Below the pieces are notes generated by a model that had not been told where the DNA came from, made no database searches, and was given only the letters and a program-made list of their open reading frames with translations. This document shows, in pieces, positions 48,661-59,564 of a stretch of DNA of 64,000 nucleotides; position 1 is the stretch's first letter; every line of letters begins with the position of its first letter. Where the stretch lies: the NCBI GenBank assembly GCA_040285745.1, contig JAUFOR010000008.1, forward strand, positions 62,001 to 126,000, read 5' to 3'. This stretch comes from Barthelona sp. PCE. Lineage: Eukaryota. The position numbers were made by a program, and so were the translations under genes.

Positions 48661-50271
48661 TTACTGATCATAATGGAACCAATTCTTCAATGTTGTCTGT
48701 TTTTTTTTTTTTGGTGCCTTTCTGTTTAATCTTGAATTCTTTGACATATTTGATATCTCAGTGTAGCTTCTTTTTTTCCTCTGTTTTCGAGATTCTGAAT
48801 CTAAACGGCGCTGAATTTCAAAAGCAAAATGCCAGTCCTTGTGTTCTTCCCATTTCTCAAATTCAATTATTTTACCACACTTGTCGCACTTTTTTCCTTT
48901 CGGCTCTGGCTCTTTGACAACCTTCCTCATTGACACAAGTGGGGGAGATAACATTGTTTGTGGTTTTTGAATTACTGGTTCATAAACCACTTTGGCAACA
49001 GGTTCTTCAGCAGGCTTCTGAAAAAAATCTGTTATTGCCCGACGACCTGCCTCAATAAAGTTTAGAGTGCACATTGAAAATATACCAATAGAAAATGAAG
49101 ACTGACCAAAATTCTCCAAGAAAAGCTTAAAAACAACATCTTCAATTGCACTTGCTCGAAGATCACCGTTGGAAGGGGGTATTCCCGTTGAACGAGATAC
49201 AATACGGCCTGTTCTTTGTATACGAAGACGCAAGGCCAAAGTTGAAGGACACCTATTATATAAAGCATAATCAAGGTTGATTCGATCACATAGCTCTGTC
49301 AAAAGGGGCCACATCTCGGACTTGAACCTGGAATGTGTTGTTATAGGATTACCAGCAAAACTGCGTGAAACACCAATTGACTTTGGTGGTCCTTTCTCAA
49401 CGACAGGACTGTGGTCGTGTCCCAACATGACGTTCCAGAGCCATCCCGCGCGGTCTCCAACCAGTTCCTCAAGTTTTTCATGTCCCAAAGATCGTATTTT
49501 CGCAAAGCTTGTTATATGACAATCTTCAAGCAGCTGAAAAAACACGCCACCGATACCTGGTATCTTTCTCAACGACTTAATGCTGTCCAAGAACGGTGTT
49601 ACCTGCTCAGGCATCAATAGGGTCTGATTAAATGGCTTGCGGTGATCAGCAACTGCTTTGGCAAAAAGTTTGTTGTTAAAAATACCGCAGGAACTCGTAT
49701 AGTCTAGTGTCTCTTTCAAATACATGCGAAGCTTTTCCGCAATGGACGATCCTGCCAACAGACGTATGTGAGAAGATAGAGAAGACTCATCCCCCCTCAA
49801 CAACATCATGCGCTCCTTCTCTAGTGCTTCCACCGAAATTTCAGGCAACCCATGCTCCAACAAGAAGCGGCGCTGGTCAACAACAGTCTCGAATGACTTG
49901 CGAATTTCATCCATAATGAGACAACTTACGTCGAAGTACATCTCATCGATCGAAGCTCTCTCAACAACTACTGCTGGATTCCATTCGGTCACATATCCCA
50001 CAAGGCAGTTGAGAATCTCACGTGACGCCTCTCTGTAACGACGAAGATCGGTTTTTACCACAACAAGTGAAGGACAAATCTTCTTAAGCTTCTTTAGCGG
50101 TCCCATCTTGGGAACATTCATCTTTCTTGCGGAATGGGATGTTGCAATGATCGCTGTGCGTTGAAGGATACCGATAGGTACCTTATCATCCAAGTTTAAT
50201 CGAATTCGTTCAACTTGAGTATAAAATCCATCTAAATCAAGCAGTATAACAACCCTATTATCGCTGTTCAT
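48661..50271 (-). CDS. POLH: Y-family translesion DNA polymerase, eta-like
   Basis: LDLDGFYTQVE, YREAS, ASIDEMYFD, KPFNQT; C-terminal UBZ (CDKC...EHKDWHFA) and PIP-like QTTLKNWF. Confidence 0.8.
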   Translation of the reverse strand: MNSDNRVVILLDLDGFYTQVERIRLNLDDKVPIGILQRTAIIATSHSARKMNVPKMGPLKKLKKICPSLVVVKTDLRRYREASREILNCLVGYVTEWNPAVVVERASIDEMYFDVSCLIMDEIRKSFETVVDQRRFLLEHGLPEISVEALEKERMMLLRGDESSLSSHIRLLAGSSIAEKLRMYLKETLDYTSSCGIFNNKLFAKAVADHRKPFNQTLLMPEQVTPFLDSIKSLRKIPGIGGVFFQLLEDCHITSFAKIRSLGHEKLEELVGDRAGWLWNVMLGHDHSPVVEKGPPKSIGVSRSFAGNPITTHSRFKSEMWPLLTELCDRINLDYALYNRCPSTLALRLRIQRTGRIVSRSTGIPPSNGDLRASAIEDVVFKLFLENFGQSSFSIGIFSMCTLNFIEAGRRAITDFFQKPAEEPVAKVVYEPVIQKPQTMLSPPLVSMRKVVKEPEPKGKKCDKCGKIIEFEKWEEHKDWHFAFEIQRRLDSESRKQRKKRSYTEISNMSKNSRLNRKAPKKKKQTTLKNWFHYDQ

Positions 50272-50472
50272 GCATTAAAAACCCAAAACAATAGAAATAA
50301 GTGAGAAAATGTTCTTTACTGATTGATGTTCTCTGTGATTATGCTCACAAGCCACTTATTGTGTTGGTCTTGCGCGTCGATTTGAGTTGTTGGAATATCA
50401 AATAATTAGTGAAATCACTGTGCTGAATGGTATCAACACATAACTAGAGTGAATGCAGTGTTGAAGGAATAT

Positions 50473-51297
50473 CTACTGAAGCAAAACAGTAACAGTTGAT
50501 CCAATAACAATTGTTAATGTTATGTACCACACGCCATACCATTGAGGTATTGTGACTGCTTCATTTATGAATGAAGAAACAGTTGTGAGACACCCACAAA
50601 AGGCACCAGTCCATATTGTTATCCATGTCTTACTGTCAATATATTTCACAACACATGCATAAATTATTGATCCAAGAATGTTTGCTGCAAATGTTCCATA
50701 TTTCCAGTTTTTTTGGTTTAATTTACCCATGACCTTGCGTAGAAAACACCCAAAAATGGCTAGGATGAGGAAAATGATGAAATAAAATTTTTCAGAAACA
50801 ATAAAAAAACCAAAAACATTCAACACAATCAATAAGGTGAAAAGAAGTAAATAGAAAGGAGATGCGTTGATATTTGACGTATTTTCTGTTTTGGCAGATG
50901 TCTGAGGTTCCTCTATGTCGGAAATCTGCCTCTCATGAAGTGAATTAAAAAATCTCACAAGTACAACAAAGAAGGATACTTGTAAAGTGCCTACAACGAT
51001 GCTATCGCCAAGATCGTTCTTATGAGATGTGCCTAGAGCAAAAGCAAAGCCAGAAAAAGTTGTGTATGATCCACTTAACCCAGTTTTAAGTGATTTAACC
51101 CATTGTTCAGTGGCCCCAAAGCGCGTTAAATTGTACATGGTTGCAATAGTGATACATCCCACCACATTAGATAAGAAATTAATGTCAACAACTGCAATAT
51201 CAAATTTTTCGAACAAATAATTCGTAATTACTCGCAAATTCACGCCTAAAAGACACGAAATAGCCAGTTGTACATACTCAAAATTGAGCCAATTCAT
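50473..51297 (-). CDS. FEX: Fluoride exporter FEX (tandem CrcB/Fluc domains)
   Basis: NVVGC...TGLSGSYTTFSGF and GTFAANILGS...GAFCGCLTTVSSF. Confidence 0.88.
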   Translation of the reverse strand: MNWLNFEYVQLAISCLLGVNLRVITNYLFEKFDIAVVDINFLSNVVGCITIATMYNLTRFGATEQWVKSLKTGLSGSYTTFSGFAFALGTSHKNDLGDSIVVGTLQVSFFVVLVRFFNSLHERQISDIEEPQTSAKTENTSNINASPFYLLLFTLLIVLNVFGFFIVSEKFYFIIFLILAIFGCFLRKVMGKLNQKNWKYGTFAANILGSIIYACVVKYIDSKTWITIWTGAFCGCLTTVSSFINEAVTIPQWYGVWYITLTIVIGSTVTVLLQ

Positions 51298-51344
51298 TGA
51301 AAAGGGTAATTTTCGAAAAACAAGGATTGAATTTACTTTCTTGC

Positions 51345-52265
51345 TTACTTATAGCCGTTCTTCTGATTAAATAATGTCTTTGCTTCAAGAAATGCATGTG
51401 ATACAGGAAAAAGAGTTTCAATAAGAGGACCTCTTTGGTTCAAGTTACGTGCAATGTTGTTTTTCTTTTGAAATCGTTGCTCGTTAAGAAAGGGGCGTGG
51501 AATTGCAACCATTTCATTTGATGAACGCTCTTCAGATTCTTGTTGGTCCTTCTCACCCTCATCTTCCTCATTCTTCTCTTCTATTTTATGAGCAGTTGTT
51601 TTAGAAAGACGTAGATAGTGCTGCACTTGGTTTTGTGTTACTTGTTGTGTCTCATTCGTCAATGAGGCACCAGTAAAAGCCATTCTGGCAATGATATCTG
51701 CATCTGAACAGAACTTGCTGAGTGATTCTGCCAATGCAAACTGATCGTTGTACCCTTTAAACAGACGGCTGACTTCAAATCGAATAAAAGAATGGAATTT
51801 TTTTGGAAATTGAGTAGACATAACCTTGATGACAAAGTCCTCCAAGTGGATGAAGAATACAACCTCGTCGAAGTCACTCTTCTTCTTTCCCTTCATCAGA
51901 AACAAAAGTATTTGTGTGTATGAATTCGCTATGGGAACTACAAGATTTTCAGATTCGCGAAGAACCATAACTTGATCTGATGAGATATTGTTCCTGCACA
52001 GCTGTCTGAAATAGCCGCGAATTGCAACTAAGAATTCTTGAACACTCGAAACCTCGCCTACCCACTTAAGGAATAGAGGATTTTTAGCATCCATCTTGCG
52101 CAGGCTTGCTTCTCTTGCAACACTAAGCGGTGGTGTTTGTCCCACGTATCGCCGCCTGCTTGATTTCCTATTACGTGTTGCTCGATCAGAAAATGTTAAG
52201 TCTTGCGAAGAAAGCGATGCATGTTCGCTTTTAAATGTTTTTATGCTATTTTTTCTAGATTTCAT
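51345..52265 (-). CDS. Hypothetical protein
   Basis: 306-aa ATG ORF; no recognised motif. Confidence 0.55.
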   Translation of the reverse strand: MKSRKNSIKTFKSEHASLSSQDLTFSDRATRNRKSSRRRYVGQTPPLSVAREASLRKMDAKNPLFLKWVGEVSSVQEFLVAIRGYFRQLCRNNISSDQVMVLRESENLVVPIANSYTQILLFLMKGKKKSDFDEVVFFIHLEDFVIKVMSTQFPKKFHSFIRFEVSRLFKGYNDQFALAESLSKFCSDADIIARMAFTGASLTNETQQVTQNQVQHYLRLSKTTAHKIEEKNEEDEGEKDQQESEERSSNEMVAIPRPFLNEQRFQKKNNIARNLNQRGPLIETLFPVSHAFLEAKTLFNQKNGYK

Positions 52266-52613
52266 CGTTTTTAAGGAATGTTTAAAATGTTAAAATAATT
52301 TAAAAATTAAGAATTAAGGATTATATAATAGAAAAATGTACAATGATATGATTCTATAAACTGTGTTGTGAAAAGATGCCTAAAACCCCAAGAAAAAACT
52401 GCTTAAGGATAAAAAGAATAGTACAAAGGCTGATATGGGTTGTAAATAGAATAACAACAATTTCATCTCTGCTACATTATGTCACAAGTGTTACACCACT
52501 ATCCAGGAAGAATTAAGTAGTTTGGCAGACAAAAATTCACAGTAATTCATATTGAGTGTGTATTTCCATTTATCATCCCCTTCTCTCATTTTTTGAGTTG
52601 TACAGAAGAAAAA

Positions 52614-53681
52614 ATGGTCAAGTTGTTCATTCTTCTCGCGATTTTGTTTTGTTTGACAAGCGCTGAAGTGAGATATCTCACTCCTGATGATTTCGATCAT
52701 GTTGTTAACGGTGATAAGTCCGTTTTAATCGCCTTCAAGGCCCCATGGTGCGGCCACTGTCAGCGTTTAGCTCCTCATTGGAGCGAAGCTGCAAAATTGT
52801 ACGCTAACAAGAAAGATACCGTAATTGCCGAAGTTAACTGTGACGATCACCGCGCTCTGTGTCAGAAGTATGGCATCCGTGGTTATCCTACAATCAAGTT
52901 CTTCAAGAAGGGCACTACTGAACCTGAAGACTACACGGCAGGTCGTTCAACAGAGGATATTGTCAAATTCCTTAACGATAAGACAGGTCACAAGATCCGT
53001 AGCGTTGCTGCTGCATCTGAGGTGTTGGTCTTAAACGGTCAGACCTTCGATAAGATCCTCGAGAAAGACTGCGCTTTTGTTAAATTCTTCGCACCTTGGT
53101 GTGGCCACTGCAAATCTTTGGCTCCCAAGTTTGAAGAGGTCGCTGCAGCATTTGCTGGTTCCCCCGAGGTTAAGATTGCTGAGATCGATTGTGACAATGA
53201 GGCCAACAAGCCCGTTTGTCAAGCTCAAGGCGTTCGTGGATATCCCACTATTAAGCTTTTCTGTGCTGGTGAAAAGACCAAGGATTACTCAGGCGCTCGT
53301 GAAGCACTCAATATCGTTAATTACATTAACAAGAACACCGGTGCCGATCGTAATCTTGATGGTAGCATTGGTGATCAGTATATTATTCTGGAAGAAATCG
53401 GTGATAATCTCATTGACCGCTTTGTTGAGGATGCTGCTGGTGTTGTTGATGAAGTCGAAGTAGCTGCCGCTAAAGAAGAAGGTGTTCACCGTCGTCACAT
53501 TGCTTCTTTCTATGTTCGTGCTGTTAAAAAGCTCATTGATAACCCTGAGTGGGCCACCAAGGAGTACAACCGTCTCGGTCGTATTCTTGACTCCGCTAAT
53601 CTCAACGCTGACAGACGCTTCAACATGCTTCTCCGTCGCAAGTTGCTAGCTCGTATGGCTCACATCTATGATGAAGAGTAA
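52614..53681 (+). CDS. Protein disulfide isomerase (two thioredoxin domains plus ERp29-like C-terminal domain)
   Basis: Signal peptide; two APWCGHC and GYPTIK motifs; KEYNRLGRIL helical tail. Confidence 0.92.
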   Translation: MVKLFILLAILFCLTSAEVRYLTPDDFDHVVNGDKSVLIAFKAPWCGHCQRLAPHWSEAAKLYANKKDTVIAEVNCDDHRALCQKYGIRGYPTIKFFKKGTTEPEDYTAGRSTEDIVKFLNDKTGHKIRSVAAASEVLVLNGQTFDKILEKDCAFVKFFAPWCGHCKSLAPKFEEVAAAFAGSPEVKIAEIDCDNEANKPVCQAQGVRGYPTIKLFCAGEKTKDYSGAREALNIVNYINKNTGADRNLDGSIGDQYIILEEIGDNLIDRFVEDAAGVVDEVEVAAAKEEGVHRRHIASFYVRAVKKLIDNPEWATKEYNRLGRILDSANLNADRRFNMLLRRKLLARMAHIYDEE

Positions 53682-53701
53682 TAGTAGAATGTAAACAGTG
53701 T

Positions 53702-55516
53702 TTATTCATCAAATTCAAGATTAGGGATAGCTCCTTCCAACATTGGAACAACCTGGAGCTTACGTGAGAGAACACCAGGCATGTTGAAGTAGTTCTTATA
53801 TAAGTTATGCATCTGATAACCAATCAAATGACGCATGTTAGGCGCGCCAACGACAAGCATGATACTTGATGCAATCATGATATCAGTGATAATCACACAT
53901 AATAGATCAAGGTTCTGCTGGGAACGTACACGCTTGGCACCTGAAGGAAGGCGGGTGTCAATGATTGTCGTGGCATCGCTGAAGCTACTCACCTCAATCT
54001 GTGAGACACCATACTTGATTTGACCGCTGAGAGACAAAGCATCATATGTCTTGAAGTCAGTGGTGATGAGCTCCTCCATATTAGTAATCTCGCCAATAGC
54101 GCTTCCTGCTCTAAACATCTCCTGTCCAAGCTCAAAATATGAGTAGCCACTGATACGGCTCAATGTTGTGGCGAGATCTCTGTCAAAAGGGGTGCAAGTT
54201 GGGCTTCGGAGAATAAGTGTATCACTTAGTAAACCGCATAATAGGGCGCCAGCAACTGCTGGATGCAGCTTGATGATTGGATTCGCAAGGAACTTCTGCG
54301 CAATCATAGAGCAGGTTGATCCAACAACAGCAGTTTTGATAAATATAGGTCGGGTAGTCTGTAGTGTGTTCAGCTTGTGGTGATCAATAATCTCATACAC
54401 TTCTGCAGTTTCAATGCCTGGGACAGCCTGGGACATTTCATTATGATCGACTAGATGTACCTTGTATGGAGACTGCTTGAACAAATCGCTCTTGGTAAGA
54501 ACACCAACGCAGCTACCTTGAGAATTGATGACAGCACATCCATTAAATGTACTGTTTTCTTCATTCAGGAACCGAACCTTAACCTCGCTGATCTTAGTAT
54601 CTTCGTGTACCAAAAACGTCTCATCAACAGGGCAATCCAGGAGGGGATCCGATTCATCAGTTTCGTCATCGCTAGAGATGAGCTCATAACTATTGTGCAC
54701 CGGACCGTTGACGTCCTCAATTCGCTTACGGATCAGAACACCACATGGCGTTGACTGTCTGCTTAAAATAATTGATGCGGTACCACCATACGATGAGCGC
54801 AAAACTGTGGTGTTAGATTCAGCCGCGAGGTCAAAGATTTCAGGGGTAAGAGGTGTGTCCGCTGTTAGGACAAGGACACCGATACCTAGCTTGATTGCAT
54901 ACTCGTGAACATCGTCCAGATCACCAACAATCATTATAACGTTGGCTAACTCCTCCTTCGGAATTGTGTCCAGTCTTTCTTGAATGATTTCGGGAGAATA
55001 CGCGCCTGTGAAGACGTAGTATACATCCAATCTGTTGTAATTCTCAGCTTTGTTAATAACTTCAGTCTTCAATGTGTTTTTGATAGCATGCGGTGTTGTA
55101 ACCACCTTCCTTAGTTCTGTCTCTTGGTGTGGTGACAGAAAAAGCGTCAGGATATCCTCAATGAATACGCAACCGACGCAAACTTTATCGCGTGGTCGCA
55201 AAACAGGCAGAATTCGGAATCCATACAGATGGAATAGTTCCAGAGCACGTGAAACAGGTGTAGTTGTCTCGATTGTGATCGGTCCTTCAGCACATATCTC
55301 TTTTACCCGTGGGTATATGTCCAAGTAGAGCTTTGGAGCAGGCAAAGCAAAAGTATCAAGGATCCATTGGGACTGTCTGTTAGGTGGATTACAACCACCA
55401 GCCACAACGTTCCAATCGGGATTCTTCTGTTTCAAATACTTTGCATAACAGACTGCTGAGATACAGCTGTCAGAATCCATATTTCTATGACCAATAACCA
55501 AATGAATTGTACGCAT
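53702..55516 (-). CDS. ppaC: Family II (DHH) Mn-dependent inorganic pyrophosphatase with CBS-DRTGG-CBS insert
   Basis: GHRNMDSDS, LVDHNE, IIDHH, VGSTCS, LSDT, DFK, GVLSRK.QVVP; CBS and DRTGG-like regions lie between the DHH halves. Confidence 0.88.
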   Translation of the reverse strand: MRTIHLVIGHRNMDSDSCISAVCYAKYLKQKNPDWNVVAGGCNPPNRQSQWILDTFALPAPKLYLDIYPRVKEICAEGPITIETTTPVSRALELFHLYGFRILPVLRPRDKVCVGCVFIEDILTLFLSPHQETELRKVVTTPHAIKNTLKTEVINKAENYNRLDVYYVFTGAYSPEIIQERLDTIPKEELANVIMIVGDLDDVHEYAIKLGIGVLVLTADTPLTPEIFDLAAESNTTVLRSSYGGTASIILSRQSTPCGVLIRKRIEDVNGPVHNSYELISSDDETDESDPLLDCPVDETFLVHEDTKISEVKVRFLNEENSTFNGCAVINSQGSCVGVLTKSDLFKQSPYKVHLVDHNEMSQAVPGIETAEVYEIIDHHKLNTLQTTRPIFIKTAVVGSTCSMIAQKFLANPIIKLHPAVAGALLCGLLSDTLILRSPTCTPFDRDLATTLSRISGYSYFELGQEMFRAGSAIGEITNMEELITTDFKTYDALSLSGQIKYGVSQIEVSSFSDATTIIDTRLPSGAKRVRSQQNLDLLCVIITDIMIASSIMLVVGAPNMRHLIGYQMHNLYKNYFNMPGVLSRKLQVVPMLEGAIPNLEFDE

Positions 55517-55842
55517 CAAAAACAGGTGTGACTATATAATATTTAGGTAAAAAAACGGAAAAAAATGGTATCCAAAAGTAGGATAGAAAGAAAAAAAAGG
55601 TAACAGTTTCTAAACCTAGTAAATTAACAAAATGCCCATGATTCGGGACATTCCTTCACATTTAAGCCTAAAAAGCAGGCGTCTTTACCACAAATAAGGT
55701 TTAACTAAACAGTAGAATGTCATTGACGTTTTTAAACACGGTTTTCTGTTACAATTTCAGGATATCTTGCATAAAATATGATATTTACACTTGTTAATGC
55801 TGACTAAATTATCTTAATTCGATAATAATATGGAGATTACAC

Positions 55843-58449
55843 TTACGCTTTCCTAACATACATTTTGACGAACTTTCCTCCATTTTCAAAGGAAAATGTG
55901 TACGTAAACGGTGTGACATGGGAAAAATAATGTGAAATTCGATTATTGATATTACACAAATCCAAGAGCAGGCGTTCGACCTTCTTTGTAACAAAAAACC
56001 CTCTTGCTGTTGATTTATCCATCAGAATGTCAAGAATAAACTTACGCATTACATATTTATCTAACATCAATGGAAATACAGTCTCTTTGAACAAGAAAAA
56101 TGATGCTTGCTTATTAAAAATCAATCCAATAACCCCAAATTGTTGTAGGAAGCACGCGAGATCAATGAAACGCACAACTTTCTTCTTGAATTCATCGAAT
56201 TCATTTAACTCTCGAGGTATAGAGAAAAATGGAAAAACAACACTGATGTAACAATTACTAATTGTTGTGAAGAAGAATGAATCGGTGACGTACTGTTCTG
56301 TCTCGTGTACAAGGTCTTCAATAGATAGCTCATTGTGCAAGTTAAATGTGCCCACTAAAACTAAAACATCTGTCATCTTAATCAATGGAGTTGTCCGTGG
56401 TACTGAAGTTAGAACTTTGTTGATGAATGAATCTGAGATGAATCGACCGAAAGTTTCATCAGCTGTGTTGAGCGTATTCACTAATCTACGATACTTCTCC
56501 TGACCAATATTAACACGAGCAATCATTAGAACGACTCTGTAAACAAGGGTGATGCAGATGATTAACGGGGTTCCCCTTTCAAAAAAACTGTGAATTAGGC
56601 AGATCACAAGAACAAGTAGTTCAAACAAGGTTGAGAATAAAAATTGACCAACAAAAGGCTCAAATATACACAAAATCAGTATTAAATGTATTGCATGTTC
56701 AAAGAAATATGCATATAGTATGAAAAATGTAAAAACAGTGCTGACAAAGAAGTACACAATGTGGTTCCTAGCTAGAGCAACTGGACTATCTCTCCAAACG
56801 AATAGCAACTGCAAGAACTCTAACAACACTCTACATATACCCAAAAAAAACATTATGTAATATGAAGGAGATGATGTGCCTGTTGTGAAAGAGATAATAT
56901 ACAGACAGATCATTGCACATTGAGAAAACAGCTGCATCATGAAGAACACGATTGAAGAAAACCGGACAAAGCACTTCTGTGATAAATGAATAATTGACTG
57001 TTCTTTAAAGAATGGAAAGCTTTTAGAAAAAACAATGTCGCGTTCAATCATTTTTGATAAGCTTTCGTGTTTATGATTCAAATTGAAAAATGCAATGTCC
57101 TGATTAATAGCTTTGCTCATGACTGAGGTTTGAATTATTATCCTGAATATCTTTTTTAACAAGACATTTTCAGGATCCAGGCGCACTAATCGCATACGAA
57201 ACGTCTCTGAAGTAACCACTGAAGCTTCAAACGTACTATTAGAGAGCATGAATCCTGAAGCAAAAGCATGTGAAACAGGTTGCACATTTTGAAATTCAAC
57301 ATTTTCATTTGTTAACTCCAATAAATAACAGTTCTCAAAGCTGTGTTTCTTATTTTGGGATCGAAAAAACCCCTTTAAGTCATTATCAACCAGCAAAGTT
57401 ATCGAGTCTGATGAAACACACTTTCTCATTTCCTTACGGAAGTCTACAAATTTCTTCAACAAATGGCGCTCATCCATGATAGACACTCTCCCTGCAACTT
57501 TGGTTACAGCCAGGTCGCCACGCAAAACAGAGAAAAGGACATTAAGGTCACGGTAATCAGTGTGTAAGAATTTCAGTTGCTCGATCATAAGAACAAACTG
57601 TAATATCTCATTAGAGACGCGTTCAACTGCCACAGGATCGTCCTCGAGTATGTATCGCAATCCCAGACGATTATTGGACTCAAATGAAACAACTAAACAG
57701 TACGTAATGCAGCTTCGGTGAACAAATTGAAAGTCATATTTTTCCAAGATGTTTGTGAATTGGCCCCAAAAGCGAAACATTCCACTCTCATCAGTGGTTC
57801 CAGACGGTGTGTTCATTAGTAAAAATACGCTTGGTACCAAGGTATGTCCAATATCAACACATCGATATATTATGGGACTCTGGTACTCCTTAATGCGTTG
57901 GTCAAGAACTTGTTGAGTGCTTGCCAGTTCATGCATGCAAGAATCAACAATTGGGAAGTACCAAGAACGAACGACAAACTTTGCTACTTGGATTGTCAGT
58001 GCGAGAAAGATCAAAACCAACTGGTATCTTGTATTATTTTCCAGCAAATTCTGCTTAACAATTAATGTGAAGACGGTGAATGGAACTCCTATGAAAGTAA
58101 GAAAGTGGTTTTGATCCATTAGCGGCAAGAATAATATCAGAAAGCGCATTGATATTATGTATGCGTTTCTTGTTTGTCCAAATCCCAGAGTAAACACATC
58201 TGAAAGAACTAATGTATAAACTGTAAGTATAAGAACAGCAATGTTGCGTTCTTCTTTCCCCCTTAAGTTACTCCATACCATGTATATGCACCATAAAAAC
58301 AACAAAGACCAAACTTTAACTGAATACAAAGGTAGATAACTAAAATAAAGTAATGTAAACAGTAATTGGAGCAGTATATACCCAAAAAAAGTCCCCGGGA
58401 TAATAGATCTCAACTTTGAAAACGCTAACCTACTTAATATTTGCCTCAT
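55843..58449 (-). CDS. Polytopic membrane protein with two TM blocks alternating with soluble domains (degenerate adenylyl-cyclase-like layout)
   Basis: About 6 TM, cytosolic domain, about 6 TM, cytosolic domain; cyclase catalytic motifs not conserved. Confidence 0.5.
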   Translation of the reverse strand: MRQILSRLAFSKLRSIIPGTFFGYILLQLLFTLLYFSYLPLYSVKVWSLLFLWCIYMVWSNLRGKEERNIAVLILTVYTLVLSDVFTLGFGQTRNAYIISMRFLILFLPLMDQNHFLTFIGVPFTVFTLIVKQNLLENNTRYQLVLIFLALTIQVAKFVVRSWYFPIVDSCMHELASTQQVLDQRIKEYQSPIIYRCVDIGHTLVPSVFLLMNTPSGTTDESGMFRFWGQFTNILEKYDFQFVHRSCITYCLVVSFESNNRLGLRYILEDDPVAVERVSNEILQFVLMIEQLKFLHTDYRDLNVLFSVLRGDLAVTKVAGRVSIMDERHLLKKFVDFRKEMRKCVSSDSITLLVDNDLKGFFRSQNKKHSFENCYLLELTNENVEFQNVQPVSHAFASGFMLSNSTFEASVVTSETFRMRLVRLDPENVLLKKIFRIIIQTSVMSKAINQDIAFFNLNHKHESLSKMIERDIVFSKSFPFFKEQSIIHLSQKCFVRFSSIVFFMMQLFSQCAMICLYIISFTTGTSSPSYYIMFFLGICRVLLEFLQLLFVWRDSPVALARNHIVYFFVSTVFTFFILYAYFFEHAIHLILILCIFEPFVGQFLFSTLFELLVLVICLIHSFFERGTPLIICITLVYRVVLMIARVNIGQEKYRRLVNTLNTADETFGRFISDSFINKVLTSVPRTTPLIKMTDVLVLVGTFNLHNELSIEDLVHETEQYVTDSFFFTTISNCYISVVFPFFSIPRELNEFDEFKKKVVRFIDLACFLQQFGVIGLIFNKQASFFLFKETVFPLMLDKYVMRKFILDILMDKSTARGFFVTKKVERLLLDLCNINNRISHYFSHVTPFTYTFSFENGGKFVKMYVRKA

Positions 58450-58487
58450 AAAAAAAAAAAAAACTAATGCAATTTACATAGAGGAAT

Positions 58488-59564
58488 CTAGCTCGTGAAT
58501 GCAGCCTTCAGCTCTTTTGCTGCAGCTTCTCTGTCAAAAGTGAACATATCAAGTTTGATCGACGAACTCTGTAACTTATTCGGCTGTTTTTGCACCTTCT
58601 CCAAACGATCATAGTATGGTGTTGCCTCTAGCTTGTGCCACATTTTCAGGGGGAGCATTGGGCGTACACCATCAATATCCTCCTCCTCAGCATCAGCGAC
58701 AAATGTTCTGGGGGTTTCCAAATCAAGCGGATCTTTTTGTGTTGTGGAACTGGGACGCGTTTTCTTCCTCTTCTTCTTCTTCTTGAGGAGTCTTTCATCA
58801 GAATCTCGAGTAAGAGGATCGTCTAGATCAACGCAAGTCTTGATACCATCGAATTTGAAGGGATTATATTCGGCTTCAAGAACAATGTCTCTAAACACCT
58901 GTCCGTCCTTTGCCTGCTTCTTTTCAACAAGGTCAAGATATTCTTGGAACAGCTGATATCTGGTCTCTCTCAAACCGTCAAAATTTTCTTCGACTTGTTG
59001 ACAAATATCTCGTTGAAGTCTTCCAAAGACTTTTTCTTGCCATTCTTCAAACAAAGCCAATCTCTTTGCATCGTATTTATCTTGTTCATCCTGTAATTTC
59101 CGTTCTGTGTCAGGAATAACTGTTTGATTACCCAATTCAATAGAATTTAACAAATTCTTCACTTTACGCTCATGTTCGAACTTCTTGCGCTCTAAGTTTT
59201 CTGCCAAAAGTCTAGCAGCCTCTTTTCGTTCTTTTTCAACTTGCTTCTGTAAGAGCTCCAATCTAATCTCAGCCTTCGTCTTCCTCTTCTCAGCGAGGGG
59301 CTCTTTCATGCTCTTCTGTGTTACATTAGCTCCGAATTGTGTAAAATAACTACTTGTTGAATCAGGACGGTCAGTAGCTGATTTTGGACCTCCTGTTGGT
59401 GCCCTCTGTGTATACATGGGGACTTCCAAGTCACCCAGCTTTGAAAAAACATCATTGTTCTCAACAACAATGCCTATTTGATTCTTTGATGCGTAAGGAT
59501 CAATTCGGACTCCTGATAATGAGTCTCGCTTGTCGAACTCAAGGAATGATGCTGGGTCTGCCAT
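58488..59564 (-). CDS. FAM228-like protein
   Basis: LFEEWQEKVF..LQ..I, FQEYL, VFRD....EYNPF, DPL motifs. Confidence 0.6.
   Translation of the reverse strand: MADPASFLEFDKRDSLSGVRIDPYASKNQIGIVVENNDVFSKLGDLEVPMYTQRAPTGGPKSATDRPDSTSSYFTQFGANVTQKSMKEPLAEKRKTKAEIRLELLQKQVEKERKEAARLLAENLERKKFEHERKVKNLLNSIELGNQTVIPDTERKLQDEQDKYDAKRLALFEEWQEKVFGRLQRDICQQVEENFDGLRETRYQLFQEYLDLVEKKQAKDGQVFRDIVLEAEYNPFKFDGIKTCVDLDDPLTRDSDERLLKKKKKRKKTRPSSTTQKDPLDLETPRTFVADAEEEDIDGVRPMLPLKMWHKLEATPYYDRLEKVQKQPNKLQSSSIKLDMFTFDREAAAKELKAAFTS

Noticed and set aside
50305-50462. aataagtg/cacttatt and cactg/cagtg stems with weak C/D-box-like words
   Set aside because: Boxes are non-canonical and no rRNA-complementary guide was recognised; could be chance in AT-rich DNA
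55647-55721. 75-nt multibranch structure closed by gacattc/gaatgtc, tRNA-sized
   Set aside because: No TTC T-loop, no D-loop GG and no proper arm spacing on either strand
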